A stretch of DNA of 64,000 bases, taken from positions 101,184,001 through 101,248,000 of the forward strand of contig OX597816.1 of assembly GCA_951406725.2 (NCBI GenBank), written 5' to 3'. The notes below the pieces were generated by a model, which was not told the DNA's origin, searched no databases, and was given only the letters and a program-made list of their open reading frames with translations. Shown here piece by piece: positions 29,689 through 44,184 of the stretch (positions are counted from its first letter, which is position 1; the number at the start of each line of letters is the position of its first letter). Origin of the DNA: Octopus vulgaris (taxonomy: Eukaryota). The translations under genes were made by a program, and so were the position numbers.

Positions 29689-30905
29689 AAAAGTTTATAT
29701 CTTCCTCTGCGGGATACGAACGTTACATCAGCTGTAAACCGTATTAGCTGGGCTAAACACCACACACACGCACACACACAAGGTGTTCATAAACCTACTG
29801 AAATTTCGAAACACCAGCAACCATACTAAATGAAAATACGATAAATCCAGTGCTGAAGTATTGTATTCATTAACTTGTTAAGACGAGTTGTTGTTTTTCT
29901 AAGAAACTAAGAAAAAGTTCTTAAATGTTTGGAGCAGTCGTTATTTTTAGAATATGAGGTAATACACTACAAACTTTTTGTCATAACTGTTGCTATGTTT
30001 CTGCTTGTTAATATCATACGAATCATGTTCGTAAATTTTTGGATGAGTTGTTATTTTTAGAATATGATGCGATGTACTATAAACTTTCGTCATAGATGTT
30101 GGTATATAAAGAAAGTTTTATTTTAGTACTTTTCAGATGTAACCACTTACTCTTGGACATATAACATAACCACATTCTAACTATAAGAAAACCACCAAAA
30201 TGCATTCTTTTTCTTTTCTAAAATCCGTCGCCAAAAGAGATACAAAAAAGAGACGTTGACGCAAAACTTAAGATACACATATTGTATAAAGCTATGAACT
30301 GTATTCCTTCCCTCTTTGGAAAGCAATAGAGAAAATTCTAACACAGAAAGCCTCGAGCCCCGATAAAATCACAAACGTATATTTATAATTTGTACCTGAA
30401 GGAATTATTGCACTCACTATCATTTTAATCTATTCATTCTACCATCAGATCACTAGAATTTCAGAAACAGGGCAATTTCCGAGTGAAACGACATTACACA
30501 AATATAATAACCTTCTATGAACACCATACAAACATCCTTCAAATACATTTGTTTAATGTTACCAACACACTCATTCACCTTCCTATCTAACAACGTGGAT
30601 ATAGTCGACTACATTCACATGCTATCTCACTTGATTCAATGAAGAAGTCTTTGTATGTTTTGAGACTGAACTGGAGCTACATAAGCTGCACTAATAGCAA
30701 ACATTTCATGATGACTTTTATAAATCTCTGTCGAAACTACTATGATCAACATTTTAAATTCATTTCCCGCAAGGCACGTATGAACAGAATAGTCAGCCCC
30801 TTCTTAACAAATAACAAAATGTCGGTTGACGAACTCGTACCTCGCAGGTCATTAACCCTACGTAGTGCAAAATAGCAAATTTACAACTTACGAACCCCGA
30901 ACGTT

Positions 30906-30907
<2 letters not shown>

Positions 30908-31000
<93 letters not shown>
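30908..31000. repeat. (CT)n microsatellite
   Basis: Directly visible. Confidence 0.97.
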
Positions 31001-31002
<2 letters not shown>

Positions 31003-31130
31003 TCACACGCGCACGCGCGCAGGAACTAGGCAAAAGTAAACACGCCTCTTACGGAGATGAAAATAGTGTCACGACCGTCTACCTTATCTTCAGACACAGT
31101 TCAACGATTACTCTAAGTATGTATCTAGGC

Positions 31131-31577
31131 CAATGGTTCTTAACCTTTTTCTTTCTTGTTGCACTTCCCCCGCTTTTAAATAGTTGCTATGCCTATGCCA
31201 AGCGCCCACCTACGTGGTAAGTGAGCTATCACAACTAAACTAACTTACCCTGGCTGACAATTTATAAATTTTACTCTAAAAATAGATTGCATAAGTTTTT
31301 TAACAGTGAAATAATAAAAAAAATATAATAAAGAAAAAAGTTGTAAATTTACTTTAAGCATTGCAAATTAATACCTTCCCTGTGCCTGATGAGGTTGCAT
31401 TTCATTTTAATAAACATTTCTAGGTTTATCGTGTATAACATAATTACTACTATAGGTAAAATTTAGTATGTTAGTTATGTTATCTCACCGCTCCTCACTG
31501 TCCTCTAAAACCTAACTCCCTCTTCGACATGCCCAGCACTCCCTCGGAGACGGTGCCACCCACGTTAAGAACCTCTG
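31131..31577. mobile_element. Non-autonomous hAT (Charlie-like) MITE, 447 bp
   Basis: TIRs caatggttcttaac / gttaagaacctctg; perfect 8-bp TSD atctaggc at 31123-31130 and 31578-31585. Confidence 0.9.
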
Positions 31578-32618
31578 ATCTAGGCGAAGAAAGTAGCTCA
31601 ACGAAATAACACTTGAAATAGCAACCATACATGTAAATCAAACTCAAGTATTTAAAGAGGAAAGCATGTATTGTATATCGTAATTCTCGATACATTATAT
31701 GCGAAAGAAACATAGGGTGGTCACGGCTAGAAAGAGTCTTCGGTAACAAATCTGTTCAATCAGAAATGGGGCTAAGCAAAAATAAAAATTCGTTTCAATT
31801 CCTACCAGTAAGACTAAAGAACATCAACTACACATAAAAACCATCATATTCAGCAACGTAAGCATTTATACACGAATTACAAAATTACTATGAATTACAT
31901 AGTGTCTTCAGAACATTCACCATATTCAAGTAAACGTTGTAAAAAAACTCCTAAATATTGTATACATTCTTAGATGTTTCAGACGTTATATGTGGCAAAC
32001 ACAAAGAAACAACAACAACAGCAAAAAGAACGACACAATACACAAGTGTAAATTAGATTCTTCAGGAACTTTGTCATTAGAGGTTGCTTGATCTGCTAGA
32101 AATAACAGTCAAATCCTTCTCGGATCACCGCTACTCCACTTTTCTGTTTCGGGTATATCATGTCAATTAGATAAGGATTTGATATACCTAAAGCAGCTGA
32201 GCTGTAAGCACAGCTATTGATTTGACCATCGTGTCGAAGGTTAACTCAATCAGGGCTGAAATTGAGGAGCGATTAAACAAAAACAGCAATAAGAGCAACA
32301 TAACTTGCATAGACAATTTCGAAATAAGTTACTGGCAGCTGAAGTTTGTCATGTGGAAAATATTTTTTTTAATTGTTTCAAAAATTGGATTTGTGCGTTT
32401 TTTATATGCTTTCAGCGTGTAGGCACTGAAGAAGGGGTAAGGTATTCAGTTTTGTTTTACTACTCTGTTTCGTGGGTAGCGCCAAGAAAGAAATATTTTG
32501 TCAAGATTTTGTTTCTATTATACTTTCTGAAGAGACATTTGCAAGCTGGGTATTTTTCCTTCGGCAGATATGGGAGGTTTGCTGATGATAGACGGACCGC
32601 ACTTTAACGTAAGAGGCC

Positions 32619-32649
<31 letters not shown>

Positions 32650-33559
32650 CCACACACACACACACCACGCACACATGCATACATATACATATACCCACAA
32701 CATACATACATTCATGCATGCATACAAGCATGCATGTAAACTAATATCTTTGATGCAATGTCGAACGCATCCCTCAAAAGCACTCTGTTGAAAATTATGA
32801 ACGAATGATTAAAATAGCAAGAGCAGAAATTAGAAATAACTAAACAAGACAGGTTGGCAGCACCATTACTGACAACAATGGCAGCGAACGTAATGTAAAC
32901 AACAGTAGATCTTTGAGGACGTCGCTAACAATTGCGATACGGGGAATGAGGCACACTCCACGAGGTGTATTACAAGAAACATTCCTCTTTACCGGAGGAG
33001 TTTACCTAGCAGGAGTTGAGGACTTTGCTTCGCCAAGAATAGGGAAGAGTTTCGCAATGCCTTTAAAAGGGGATTTTGAAAAGGTCTTAGTTGATATGTG
33101 GCAAGATGTCTGCTCTGTTAAAAGAGTCTATAGGAGATATATAAGTTATTCGCAACTAAGGATCGAAACTTGAGTCTTCACGTTCGTTTCCATTGTACTT
33201 TATGTGTGTGCACTGTTAAACGGAGATGAATATATATAAACCGAATTCAATTTTAACTTCAGTGACCTAGACTGGTTTTAATACAGGTATATATTCACGA
33301 TACTTGTAGTTCTATCACCTTCAGCTAGCTGCAAAGACATTTCACGAGCTTTGTTCTCACTCTCTCTCTCTCTCTCTCTCTCATTCTCTCCCTCTTTGTT
33401 TCTCTCCTCCTCTCTCTAACTCTTCCTGCCACTGCACACTGGGCCACCTGTCATTGATATCAGGTCATTTGATTATCATAAAATTATCAGCAATACTAGG
33501 CTTTACACCGTGCTGTTTCTCACATCTGGTCGATTACGAGGTGTACGCGTGAATGGTAG

Positions 33560-33900
33560 GAACTGAATTTTTTTAGATAAACCAAGAGCTTAAGGTAGGG
33601 GTGACCCAAACCTCAGGTAAGTGGTGCCATTCGTAGATATGAGTCAAGATGCCACTCTGAAGATGTATGGAGAGCGACCAAATTATTACACTGTTACACT
33701 TTTCCACAGGATTGTTGACCTTTAGAGGTACATTTTGCTCATTAGTATTAGTGGACGACCTGGAATAGTATTTTAGATGCACGCTTGCATTAGGTGAGAC
33801 TGAAACCTTATCTTTAATGGATCTCACAAGTAACCAGCAATAAAACAGGCCTCAGGCAATCACTTTGTTGAGAGCTACAAATGAAAGAGAAAAGAAAAAG
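33560..33900 (-). mobile_element. Degenerate Penelope-like GIY-YIG region
   Basis: RSIKDKVSV...S and SGILTHI..WHH resemble the KDK....S.VVY and SAI..HL....H motifs. Confidence 0.35.
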
Positions 33901-33979
33901 CTAATGAGAAACTACTCTAAAACCATAAAACAGCATAATATTTTAAGATAATTCAGATGATGTCTATCAGGGAAACGGG

Positions 33980-34372
33980 AAGAAAGAGTTCGACAAAAGA
34001 TGTGTGCAGTGCCTAGTAGTGCAATTTTCTGTATGTTATATGTGTTTGTAAGTCCTGGTGTTTTTGTTATGTATTTGTCTGAATATTTTTTTATCATGCC
34101 TAATGCACCTACTATGAGAGGAATTGTTTCTGCTTTTAGATTCCACATTCTGGTTACCTCTATTTCCAGGTCTTTGTATTTTGAGAGTTTCTCCATTTCT
34201 TTTAAAGATACGTTGTCATCTGCCGGTATTGATACATCAATTAGAAAGCAATTTTTTTCTTCATGATCTCTGACAACTATATCTGGTCTGTTGGCCTTAA
34301 TTTCTCTATCTGTGTGTATCGGCATATCCCAGAGTATGGTTGCTTTCTCGTTTTCTGTGACCGTTTTCTTAT
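33980..34372 (-). mobile_element. R4/Dong-like LINE 3' fragment (RLE domain)
   Basis: TILWDMPIHTDREIKANRPDIVVRDHEEKNCFLIDVSIPADDNV..KEMEKLSKYKDLEIEV..MW...PLIVGALG; 5' end abuts (GAA)n(TAA)n. Confidence 0.92.
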
Positions 34373-34388
34373 TATTATTCGTTTTCTT

Positions 34389-34478
<90 letters not shown>

Positions 34479-34482
34479 GTTA

Positions 34483-34529
<47 letters not shown>

Positions 34530-34764
34530 GAGGAAGAGAGCAGTGCATGCCATCAAAGTGACACTAGGGTATAATATACAAAGCTCAGTATACCCATCAT
34601 GAAGACCCGTATGATAAGGGTACACAAGGCGCATGCATCACAACCACATTTGCGCGACCTGATGCTCCCACATTACTTCTGCTCGTGATCAGAGATGCAC
34701 ATATTGTCAGCCAACTGGTTACGGACAAACAGAAAATCAGATCTATGGTATTGAGCAGAATATT
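34530..34764. mobile_element. TAA-embedded non-coding repeat, internally deleted copy
   Basis: Homologous to 39700-40222 and 51259-51673; flanked by (TTA)n. Confidence 0.85.
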
Positions 34765-34881
34765 ATTATTATTTATTATTAAAACTTAGAAAACTTAGAA
34801 AACTTAGATATGTTTCGACCAGAGATTGGTCCAGGCCATGTCTAACTTAATAGCACCACCTAATAGGATTATTCGAATCTA

Positions 34882-34952
<71 letters not shown>

Positions 34953-35944
34953 GCTAAGAATAATAACATGAATAATTATTCCAACAAAATCAAGAAAGAA
35001 TCAGTCTGAAAAGCTATAAAAATAAATATATATTTGTTGTAAATAAAGTGTGCTGTTAGGGCAAGATGAACGGAAATATCAAGGAATTATCTAAGAGTGG
35101 ATAATTTCGCTGATGATATAGAATCTACACTCCCCCACATAAACATACAGTCGAATATAAACATAGGGTATGGAATATCAAAGACTCTCAACTATCGAAT
35201 CACCTAAGGCTATGGCATAGCGTTGTAGATGCTGATCGTCGCTTGTTCATCGGCAATTCTAAACGAATTCAAAGTGATGCGGTCAGAAAGCAGAGTGCAG
35301 AGATGCTCGCTGTATAAACAATCCATTATTATCTAAAAGCACTCGAAAGTATATTTACACAAATCTCATAATGAATACAGTGATGTTTACCTAATACATA
35401 TGCGTACATATATGATAATAAGGATATGCGCATGTGCTCGCTCTCTCTCTCTTTCTCTCTCTTTCTCACTGTCTCTCTCTCTCCCTCACTCTTCGTATAT
35501 ATGTGCATACACAGACAGTGATACATAATATATATAAAGAGATAGAGGGAGAGGCAGCAAGAAAAAGAGAGAAAGAGTGAGTGAGTGAGTGATAAATGTG
35601 TATGTGTGTGTACGAGTGACAGTGTGTATGTATGCACATACATATGTGCGCGCGCATACATGTAATAAATTTATGATAAAAGTTTAATAAGCGTCAACTA
35701 TGTGGACAGTCACCTAACAAGTCTATTGGTTTATCACCTGGTTTCAAGAGTCTTTAACGTAATTCACTTTATTTAAAGCTTTCCAAACAGTTTTTCGATT
35801 CATTCCATAACAACACTGTTCCTGCAGGGACTGACGTCACAAACGAAATCTTGAAATAAACCTGAATACTGACATAATACATACATACATACATACATAC
35901 ATACATACATACATACATACATACATACATACATACATACATAA

Positions 35945-36385
35945 CTGTGATCAGAAGTCTGCTTCCGACCACATGGTTCCCGGTTTAGTCCCACTGCATG
36001 GCAGGCACCTTCGGCAAGTGTCATTGTCTATAGCCCCTTGTGAGCACATTTGGTAGACGGAAACAAACAAACTCATCGTATATACATATTTTCTGTGTGT
36101 GTGTGTGCGTGCGTGTCCATGCGTGTATGTGTGTGTGCGCGTGCGTATCCATGCGCGTGTGTGTGAGTGTGTGTGTGCGCTTTTGTGTCTTTCTGTCTAT
36201 CTTCCACCACCACTTGGCAACCGGTGTTGGTGTGTTTTACGTCCCGTAATATAGGGGTTCGGCAAAAGAGACCGACAGACTTCAAAAAGAAAAAAGTACT
36301 GAAGTCGATTCATTAAAATTTCTCAAGGCGGTAGCCCAGCATGGCCGCAGTCTAATGACTAAAATTAGTAAAAGATAAAAGATAT
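35945..36385 (+). mobile_element. SINE family B, near full length
   Basis: Head tgcttccgaccacatggttcccggtttagtcccactg, internal TG repeat, tail ggttcggcaaaagagaccga...aaggcggtagcccagcatggccgcagtc. Confidence 0.8.
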
Positions 36386-36651
36386 ACACAAGTGCGCAAA
36401 CTTCAATGCGTGCGTGTTTTTGCATATGTGCATATAACAACCAAATGTCCGTTAATTCACACCCTACCTTTGTTTTAAGGACACAAAGAATAGATGATGT
36501 ACTCCTATAAACACCAGGCATGAAGCAAGGCTTGTAACTGGAATGCTGTTGATGATAACATTACTCGATTAGTGGTGGCCTGAACAAAACAACAATGACA
36601 GCAGAAAGCATATATGTTAAGGAAAAACAAATTTGATCAATTAAACGCTTA

Positions 36652-36884
36652 AAGGCGGCGAGCTGGCAGAAACGTTAGCACGCCAGGCGAAATGCTTAGC
36701 GGTATTTCGTCTGCGTTACGTTGTGAGTTCAAATTCCGCCGAGGTCGACTTTGCCTTTTATCCTTTCGGGGTCGATAAATTAAGTACCAGTTACGCACTG
36801 GGGTCGATGTAATCGACTTAATACCTATGTCTGTCCTTGTTTGTCCCCTCTGTGTTTAGCCCCTTGTGGGTAATAAAGAAATAG
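36652..36884 (+). mobile_element. SINE family A, well-preserved reference copy
   Basis: aaggcggcgagctggcagaaacgttagcacgcc...gagttcaaattcc (B-box-like)...gggtaataaagaaata; about 17 relatives in the window. Confidence 0.9.
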
Positions 36885-37124
36885 GTATTTTTTATTGATG
36901 AAGAAAGGATTCTGACAGGGCGAATCTCTCGCTTATCTATAAACGAGTAACCAACTAATCACCTGAAAGATTACATTAAAACAGGAAACCACACAATAAA
37001 TATGTAAATGGTTTGTAGATATAACATAGACTCAGTATTGGATCTAAGTATGTTGGTGTAAGAGCCAGGTCTATGTGTTCTGCCGATTAACTATTTACCA
37101 CAATAATACTTGTCGGTGACAATA

Positions 37125-37290
37125 GAGAGAGCCTCTACGTGGTCCCTCGGCCTTCTAGAAACAGCAGTCACATTGACCTCTAATCACACCCTAATTATAC
37201 CGTACCGTCTTAATTCAAGAAAAGGCGCATTAGGTTTTGTGGTCATGCTTACCCTAAAAGTGATAGGAAGCTCACCTTTGACAATCGGAT
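37125..37290 (+). repeat. Interspersed repeat family D copy
   Basis: gagcctctacgtgg...ctagaaa.agcag.ca...aatcacacc recurs at about 5715, 32085, 39360 and 61420 (+) and about 27400 (-). Confidence 0.6.
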
Positions 37291-38711
37291 GCAAATTCTA
37301 CACAAGGTAAACAACTGCAACAACATCAACAACATAATCACAAGAATATTTGCACACCTTACAGGTTTCAATTTTCAGAAGACCAAACTGAACGTCGACT
37401 CTATCAACAGCACCAATAAATGTGAGTGGGTGGTGTAACTGTTATCGATACTGTTCCCCATCCTCTTCTTTTGCCTCCGCCTATGATTAAATGACAGCAA
37501 AACATATAAACGAAAAAGCATTACAAAGTTCTTGATTTGTCAAGAACCAACTCTGAGCAAAAATCACAATGCTAGACTTGATAACTTCGTGTCATCTAAA
37601 ATATTCTCGGTGGACTGAGTGCGCAATATGGCTCTATTCTCATTTACGTCGATACTCCTTCGTAAATGAATAATTATCATGGCTTCCTATCTTCGTTCCT
37701 CTTCACATATCTAAAGACCACCGATTATTAAAAAGAAAGAGAGAGAGAAAGAACGATAGATAAGGGAAAGGAAAAAAGAAAGAAAGAAAGAAAGAAAGAA
37801 AAAAGAAAGGAAGGAAGAAAGAAAAAAGAAAGAAAGAAAAGAGTGAGATAAAGAAAAAGAAAATGAGCAAGCAAAAAAAAAAGGAAGAAGAAAACAAACA
37901 AGAAAAAAGATTTTCTGCTACTAACATTCGAAAATGATTCGAAATGATTTGAAATTCCATTTGGTTTGTGGTTGATTGGCTAGACGGACTGCAACAACAA
38001 CAAAAACAACAGCAACGACTTCAGCAACAACTGCAACGACTACAGCCAGCAATAAATGTACTACAAATACTAACAACAACAGCAACAAAAACAGCAAAAT
38101 ACGCAAAACTATCTGTGCACTAATAATATAAAGAACGAAGACAAATAAATGGAAACAAATGAGTAAACAAATAAATAAATAAATAAAAATGGCTGAGAAT
38201 TCCAGCGAAAATTCTACGTAAAACTTTCCTTGATTCTAATCGGTCAGGTTATTAACTGCAATCAGGAAAAATATCGGAAGAAGTCCAGTTGTGTTTATAA
38301 CCCTGGGACGCCATGGATAATGACAGAATTGTTGCTATGCCTAATGGAAAGAAATTGTCACAGATGAACCAAAAATGGAAAAAAAGAAAAGGACTGGACG
38401 GTAAAAAAAAAGTGGACAGAAGATATAAAGTATTCTGTGATTATTTGTTCATGTGTTTATTTGTTTGTTTTTTTCCTGCATAAAACCTCAATCTGATAAA
38501 TGTGATAGTGAAAAAGACAAAGAGAGATAGAGAGGCAGACAGACAGAGACAGTGTGGGTGTAGCTGAAAGATTGTCTGGTATTTACCTTATCTAATTTTC
38601 CATCCCACCAGACCCTATGTCGACAGGATCCAGTCTCTACCGTTGTAACACAAGATACACAGTAAGTACGCACGCACACACACACACACGTATATACGCA
38701 TGCACACACAA

Positions 38712-38743
<32 letters not shown>

Positions 38744-39134
38744 ACACACACAAACACACACACACACACTCACACAGACACATAAGCATAATGTTCTTTT
38801 TCGCTCTCTGTCTCCCCAACTCTCTCTCTCTCTTTCTCACTCTTTGTCTCCATCTCTCTTTCCAGTTCTCTTTCTCTCTTTCTCTCATTCTGCCTCTCTC
38901 TTCCTCTGTCTCTCTCCCCCTCTCTCTCTTCCTCTCCCTCTCTCCCTACTCCTTAGTTTAACGAATCAAAAATGTCTACTGAAGAATTTCTCCATATCTG
39001 TGAAAATATAGGGAGATCAAGCGTAGACGGTAACCATTTTCTACGACTAATGACTGCATTAGGAAGATATTTAACTAAAACAGCAACAGCAGCAGTAACA
39101 ACAGCAGGAACGATAACAGTAATACCAGTAATAA

Positions 39135-39305
39135 ACCTTTTTACTATAGCCCCAAGGCCTGAAATTTTGGGTGAAGGGTTCTAATCGATCACAAGGACCT
39201 TAGTACTTGGCTAGTATTTCATCGATTCCAAAAAGATGAAAAACAATGTCGATCTCGGTGGTATTTGAACTCAGAATGTAAAGACGGACCAAATGCCACT
39301 AAAGA
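39135..39305 (-). mobile_element. SINE family A copy
   Basis: Reverse complement of the family A core. Confidence 0.7.
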
Positions 39306-39537
39306 ACGATAATAGCACGGGCCAAATGAGACGCATTCGGCATGGACGCAATCCGAAATATAAGTATCTACATGGACGCCAGCTAACTCGTCCTGGCAGA
39401 AATAGCAGCCAAATCATTCTCATCACACTATACAGCCTTACAAAAAAATGAATGATTAACACATTGAATAATGTAGTCTAGGATACATTATATAGGAATA
39501 AAAAAGATAGGATATTCATTGCTTTTGATCTGATAAT

Positions 39538-39637
39538 ATTCTTCTTCTTCTTCTTCTTCTTCTTCTTCTTCTTCTTCTTCTTCTTCTTCTTCTTCTTCTT
39601 CTTCTTCTTCTTCTTCTTCTTCTTCTTCTTCTTCTTT

Positions 39638-39699
<62 letters not shown>
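39538..39699. repeat. (TTC)n(TTA)n compound microsatellite
   Basis: Directly visible. Confidence 0.95.
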
Positions 39700-40222
39700 G
39701 AGTTAGAGAGCAGTGTATGCCATCTAAGTGACACTGGGGTACAATATCCGAAGCGCATTATACCCATCATGACTGCTCGTCTGATAAGGGTACACTAGGC
39801 ATGCATCACAACCATATGTGCGCGACATGGTGATCTCATATTAAGATAAACAGTGCATGACCTTGCAGGTGGGACCCAGTTATAATTTTCTTCTGGTCGA
39901 GTAAACCATCCCGCTCAAAATTGTTTAAGGATGTTGAACGAACCATCCGTGTTTCCGAAGGTGAATTATCCAAACCTCTAAGAATTCCTTACACCACACG
40001 GCTATGATGCTCCCCCACTACTTCTGCTCGTGATCAGAGATGCACATATCGCCAGCCACTGAGGGACATGCTCAAATGGTTAACGTCAACCAAATCTGTG
40101 GCATTGAGCAGAATACTGCTGAAGCCCATCTTTTATACCAAGACAAAACAATGTACATGATAACACAATCAGTTAAGATCAGAAGCCATGAGAGCCACTG
40201 TCTGGCACTGCATCAGGGCATT
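39700..40222. mobile_element. TAA-embedded non-coding repeat, longest copy (about 520 bp)
   Basis: Ends gagttagagagcagtgtatgccatc...gcatcagggcatt; (TTA)n on both sides; two more copies in the window. Confidence 0.88.
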
Positions 40223-40233
40223 TATTATTATTA

Positions 40234-40303
<70 letters not shown>

Positions 40304-40309
40304 CATTAT

Positions 40310-40530
40310 TAGGATGGTTGGCTGACAGAGTCGTTAGAACGTCGGAAAAATACAATACATTTTTTTGTTCCCGCTCTTCAAATTCTGAGTCCAAATCCTG
40401 CTGAGGTCAACTTTGCCATTTATCCCTTCATGGTCGATAAAGTAAAGTATTTACTCAAGCACAGAAAGCTGATGGTATCGGCCGAACCCTTTCCCTAAAA
40501 AGTTGTGACATTGCACTTAAATAAGAAATC
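40310..40530 (+). mobile_element. Degenerate SINE family A copy after (TTA)n
   Basis: Family A head and core. Confidence 0.65.
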
Positions 40531-42699
40531 ATTAATGTTTTTATTTATGTTGTTTATCGACAAACGTTACCGCTTTCACCACCGCTGCGAAAGGCAGCAA
40601 TTTCAAAAGCAGCATACCAAATAGAAATACCAACAACAGCAGAAGTGAAAAAAAAAGGGGTAGCATCAAACGTATCCAGTGACATCATCAGAAATATCAA
40701 CAGCTCAATTACAAGCGAACAAACTCGCGCAGCGAAAAGTAATTCAACCACCACTAACATCATCATCAATAGTAAAAAGTAACCACTACCTCCATTGCAA
40801 CCTTCGACATCATTGCCAAAAACAGTAAAAAAGATTAGAGCGAGAAAGCTTCAAAAACTGTTTTTCTTTTTCCCCTGCAATGAGAGTCGCAGAAAGACTT
40901 GAGATTCGGAGCGAAACGTTAAAGGAAGCCGGAGCAATTATCCAAAAGAATAGAAGTTAAGTTGTATTTGCTGTATCCAAGATTGTTATTGAAAAAAGAT
41001 GCAGTCAGTTGCCGGTACATTTGTGAGAAGAGTCGGCTTGTGGAAAGACCAACCCAAATATAAATAAAGGTAGATAAGATTCTGTGGCCTGTGTTGATGC
41101 AAAAACAAATCTTCATCACAGTCGTAGGTAATATGACACGTTTACTATGCTATCAGAAGTGGCAGGAGACATCCAGGATCTGAATGAGCTGGTAAAAGTA
41201 ACCCATATTTTTTTTAGTAAAAGTAACTCAGTATTTTTAGTGGTAGAGGGCATAAGACCAAGCTTCTACATTTGTGATACTGAGAACAACCTGATAGCAG
41301 ACGGCCAAAAATAGAAACATTGCCACAACTGCCGTCACCAAAACACAATAACAACAAAGACAGCAACAGAGGGCAACCTCACTAGCAGCAACAACAACAG
41401 CAATAATGTGAGCAACAGCAACCAAAATATCGGTAAGAACACCAGCTATAGCAGCTCAGTAACAACAAAACTACCTGCTGCAACCAAAACAGCTGCAGCA
41501 ACAAAAACAACCGAATCAACAATATCAGTTGTAATAGAAGCAACAGCACCAACAACAGCAATAGGAACCTCCAAGACAACAATCAAGGGACTTGCAACTA
41601 AAACCCAACAAAATGTCTCATAGGTTTTGCATCCCCACCCCAAGCAACGCACAAATACAAACATACGCAAGCGCAGACATACCTCTCCTTTCCTTCACCT
41701 CAGAATTGTCTGATTTAGAGACATTGTCGTGTAATGAGATCGAGTAGAAAACCACCAAGGGAGGCCCTTGTAGTGGGGAAACACAAATAATGCAAGGAAA
41801 AGAAGGCCGAAAAATAAACAACAAAAGCAACAATATTAACAGCAAAAAGTTCAGAAGCCAAATACAAAATATACAAAAAGAAAACTACAGCAACTTATCT
41901 ATTGTAGGTTCAAACAAATGTAAGTTGATGGAGTACATATCACAAAGCAGAGACAAAATATAAACAGAAGGGGATGATTTTGCGGAACTTACAGCCATAA
42001 CACTAATAGAGAGACGACAACTATTGAAGAGGTCGGCAGATTTTTATGACACCAGCAGAATATTTTCCCACGCAGCGTGGGACGTTTCGCCAAAACACGA
42101 AAGAAAAACCATCTGAATAAGGCATTCAGGGAAACTTAACCCGTTATGAAGGCTGGATTACACATCCTTCAACAAGACTAAGGTAGTTTGACATTTCTCG
42201 CTTTCCCTTTTCTGACCAAATTGGCTGTCCTCAAAGGAAGATGAGAATGTATACATATATTAAGTCTCGTGTCGACTTGAATGCAAAGTTACTTAACGAA
42301 CACAAACCTCAGGTCACTAGATAAAGCTATAGTAACCATCAGATAGACGACGATTCCCGCAACCTATTCGCTGGCATCCCATTCAGCAATTGCTATTTGT
42401 ATATACTTCGTTGTCGACCTGGTCTGAAGGACAGTGACAGTGTTGCCTTTGAAAGTTTTGGATTTTCATATAAGGAGGATTTAGTAAACCCGGAGGTTTA
42501 GTCGATGTGATGACCATAACCAGTTACAGTGAAGGTAGTGCGGCTTTTATACTGGTTTCCATCTATACTCTGACGTGAGTAGGTCTGCCGCTTTACTCTT
42601 GGATTTTTGAAGCCCCTTTGGAAAAGTGTACTACAACTAACTAATTGAACTGCTTTGGACTCATAGCTCCAGATATTCATAAACTATTAACTACTGCAA

Positions 42700-43345
42700 T
42701 GAATAACACCTTTCATTTCGAAGGGTCCATCTAGTCATTACATCGCCAGACTTGACAGAAGTAAATAGACACCACATAAAACGAAATTTGACGTGAAACC
42801 ATTGCAGCCAACAATGAAACAGCGGGTATTCTGTGATGGTCTGGGGAGCAATTTGGAGCAATGGTCGATCAGAGCTGGTGGAGTGTGAAGGAAACATAAA
42901 TTCAGATAAATAAGCCCATATTGCAGAAAGGACTCTTCCCCTCTTCTCCAGTCGTGGGGGCTCCGTGTTATGCGGCTAAGATGACCCAAGATTGGTTGGA
43001 AGAGAGTGGCATTGAAAAGCTTCCATAGCCAAGCCATTCACCACATATGAACCCTATTGAACACAACTGGAGCATAATGGACAGGACACTTCGTAAAAGG
43101 AACAAGAAAGCATCTTCAAAGCAAGACCTTTTGAGATTGCTGCATGAAATTCCTCATGCGAATATTCGTCATCTGGTCAGCACCATGTCTAATAGGGTCC
43201 TTGCATTGAAAAATACAAAGGGTGCGTCTACTAAATATTAGATATTCATATTATAATAATAAATAATTTGAATGCATAATTTTAGGTTTAAATGAATTTT
43301 AACGATTATAAGGCTGTCTATTTACTTCTGTTATGTCTGTGCATA
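42700..43345 (+). mobile_element. Tc1 (DD34E) transposon, 3' fragment
   Basis: [23 protein letters not shown]; SPHMNPIEHNW..MDR.L...LVSTMSNRV.AL..TKGASTKY*. Confidence 0.85.
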
Positions 43346-43394
43346 TACACCGGTTAGATCGCAGGGCACTCAACAGCTGTCATTCTTGTGTCTT

Positions 43395-44100
43395 GTCACC
43401 AGGTATGTGGATGACATCCTGATAACATTATCTCACGAGGAGGTTGATAAAATATGCAATATGTTCAACAATATCGATGAACATATAAGATTTGAAGTGG
43501 AACACTCCAAAAACACTGGTTTCATTTCTCTGCTTGATTTTGAACTTAAAATTTATCTCCATTAAGTTTTACAAGAAAACGGCGTTCAGGGGCCTATTTG
43601 TACATTGTAATTTATCCCTACCCATTAGAGCTAAGATGCCCTACAATTGAAATGATATTCAAAGGATACGCAGTAAATATAACGAGGCAGGAAGCAAAAA
43701 AGCACCACTACTCTACATACACCATTCAGAATTCGACGTGCGATCCTTGAGTGGGGACTGGAATATACGACTGGCACACTCTTCACTAAAAACAAGCCAA
43801 GACAAAACAACATCATATGTTCACTGTTCAATTGCCGATCAAAAGTGAAAATATATTTCTGCGGTACCACATGGTGAATAAAAGCACGTGTAGCAAATAT
43901 AAACAACTGTACATAGGAACTACCATCACACAATTGCACACACGGATTAAAGACCTCTATGCTAATGCTTCTTCCACCAAAAAAACACAAAAGGTGTTCA
44001 GATTTCCAATGAAGCTACAGAAAGAAATACTGGAAACCTGAGGATAAAAGCAGCTATTTTATTTGAGAAATACACACCACGTGCAGTTTGCTAGTTAGTA
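43395..44100 (+). mobile_element. Penelope-like element fragment (RT C-terminus plus GIY-YIG)
   Basis: RYVDDIL (43401)...NNIDEHIRFEVE....ISLLDF; later VNKSTCSKYKQLYIGTT.TQLHTRIKD. Confidence 0.8.
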
Positions 44101-44184
44101 GGACCAAAACACTTTTTTAATGTCAATGGTAGTTAAAAAGACATATGTGGAATGTTCCTTGTTAAAACTATCATATATTTTCTG

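Noticed and set aside
31880-31912. CTGAAGA followed by a hairpin on the minus strand (hammerhead candidate)
   Set aside because: No GAAA or stem III after the hairpin
33577-33616. 40-nt AG...GTAAGT-bounded micro-exon on the + strand
   Set aside because: Lies within a probable antisense PLE fossil and has no partner exons
33912-34634. 240-aa ORF with poly-N/poly-K and an endonuclease domain
   Set aside because: Chance fusion of the TAA-embedded repeat, stop-free microsatellites and a 5'-truncated LINE fragment; not a gene
34800-34850. Hairpin gacca/tggtc followed by GAAAC on the minus strand
   Set aside because: No CUGANGA core upstream
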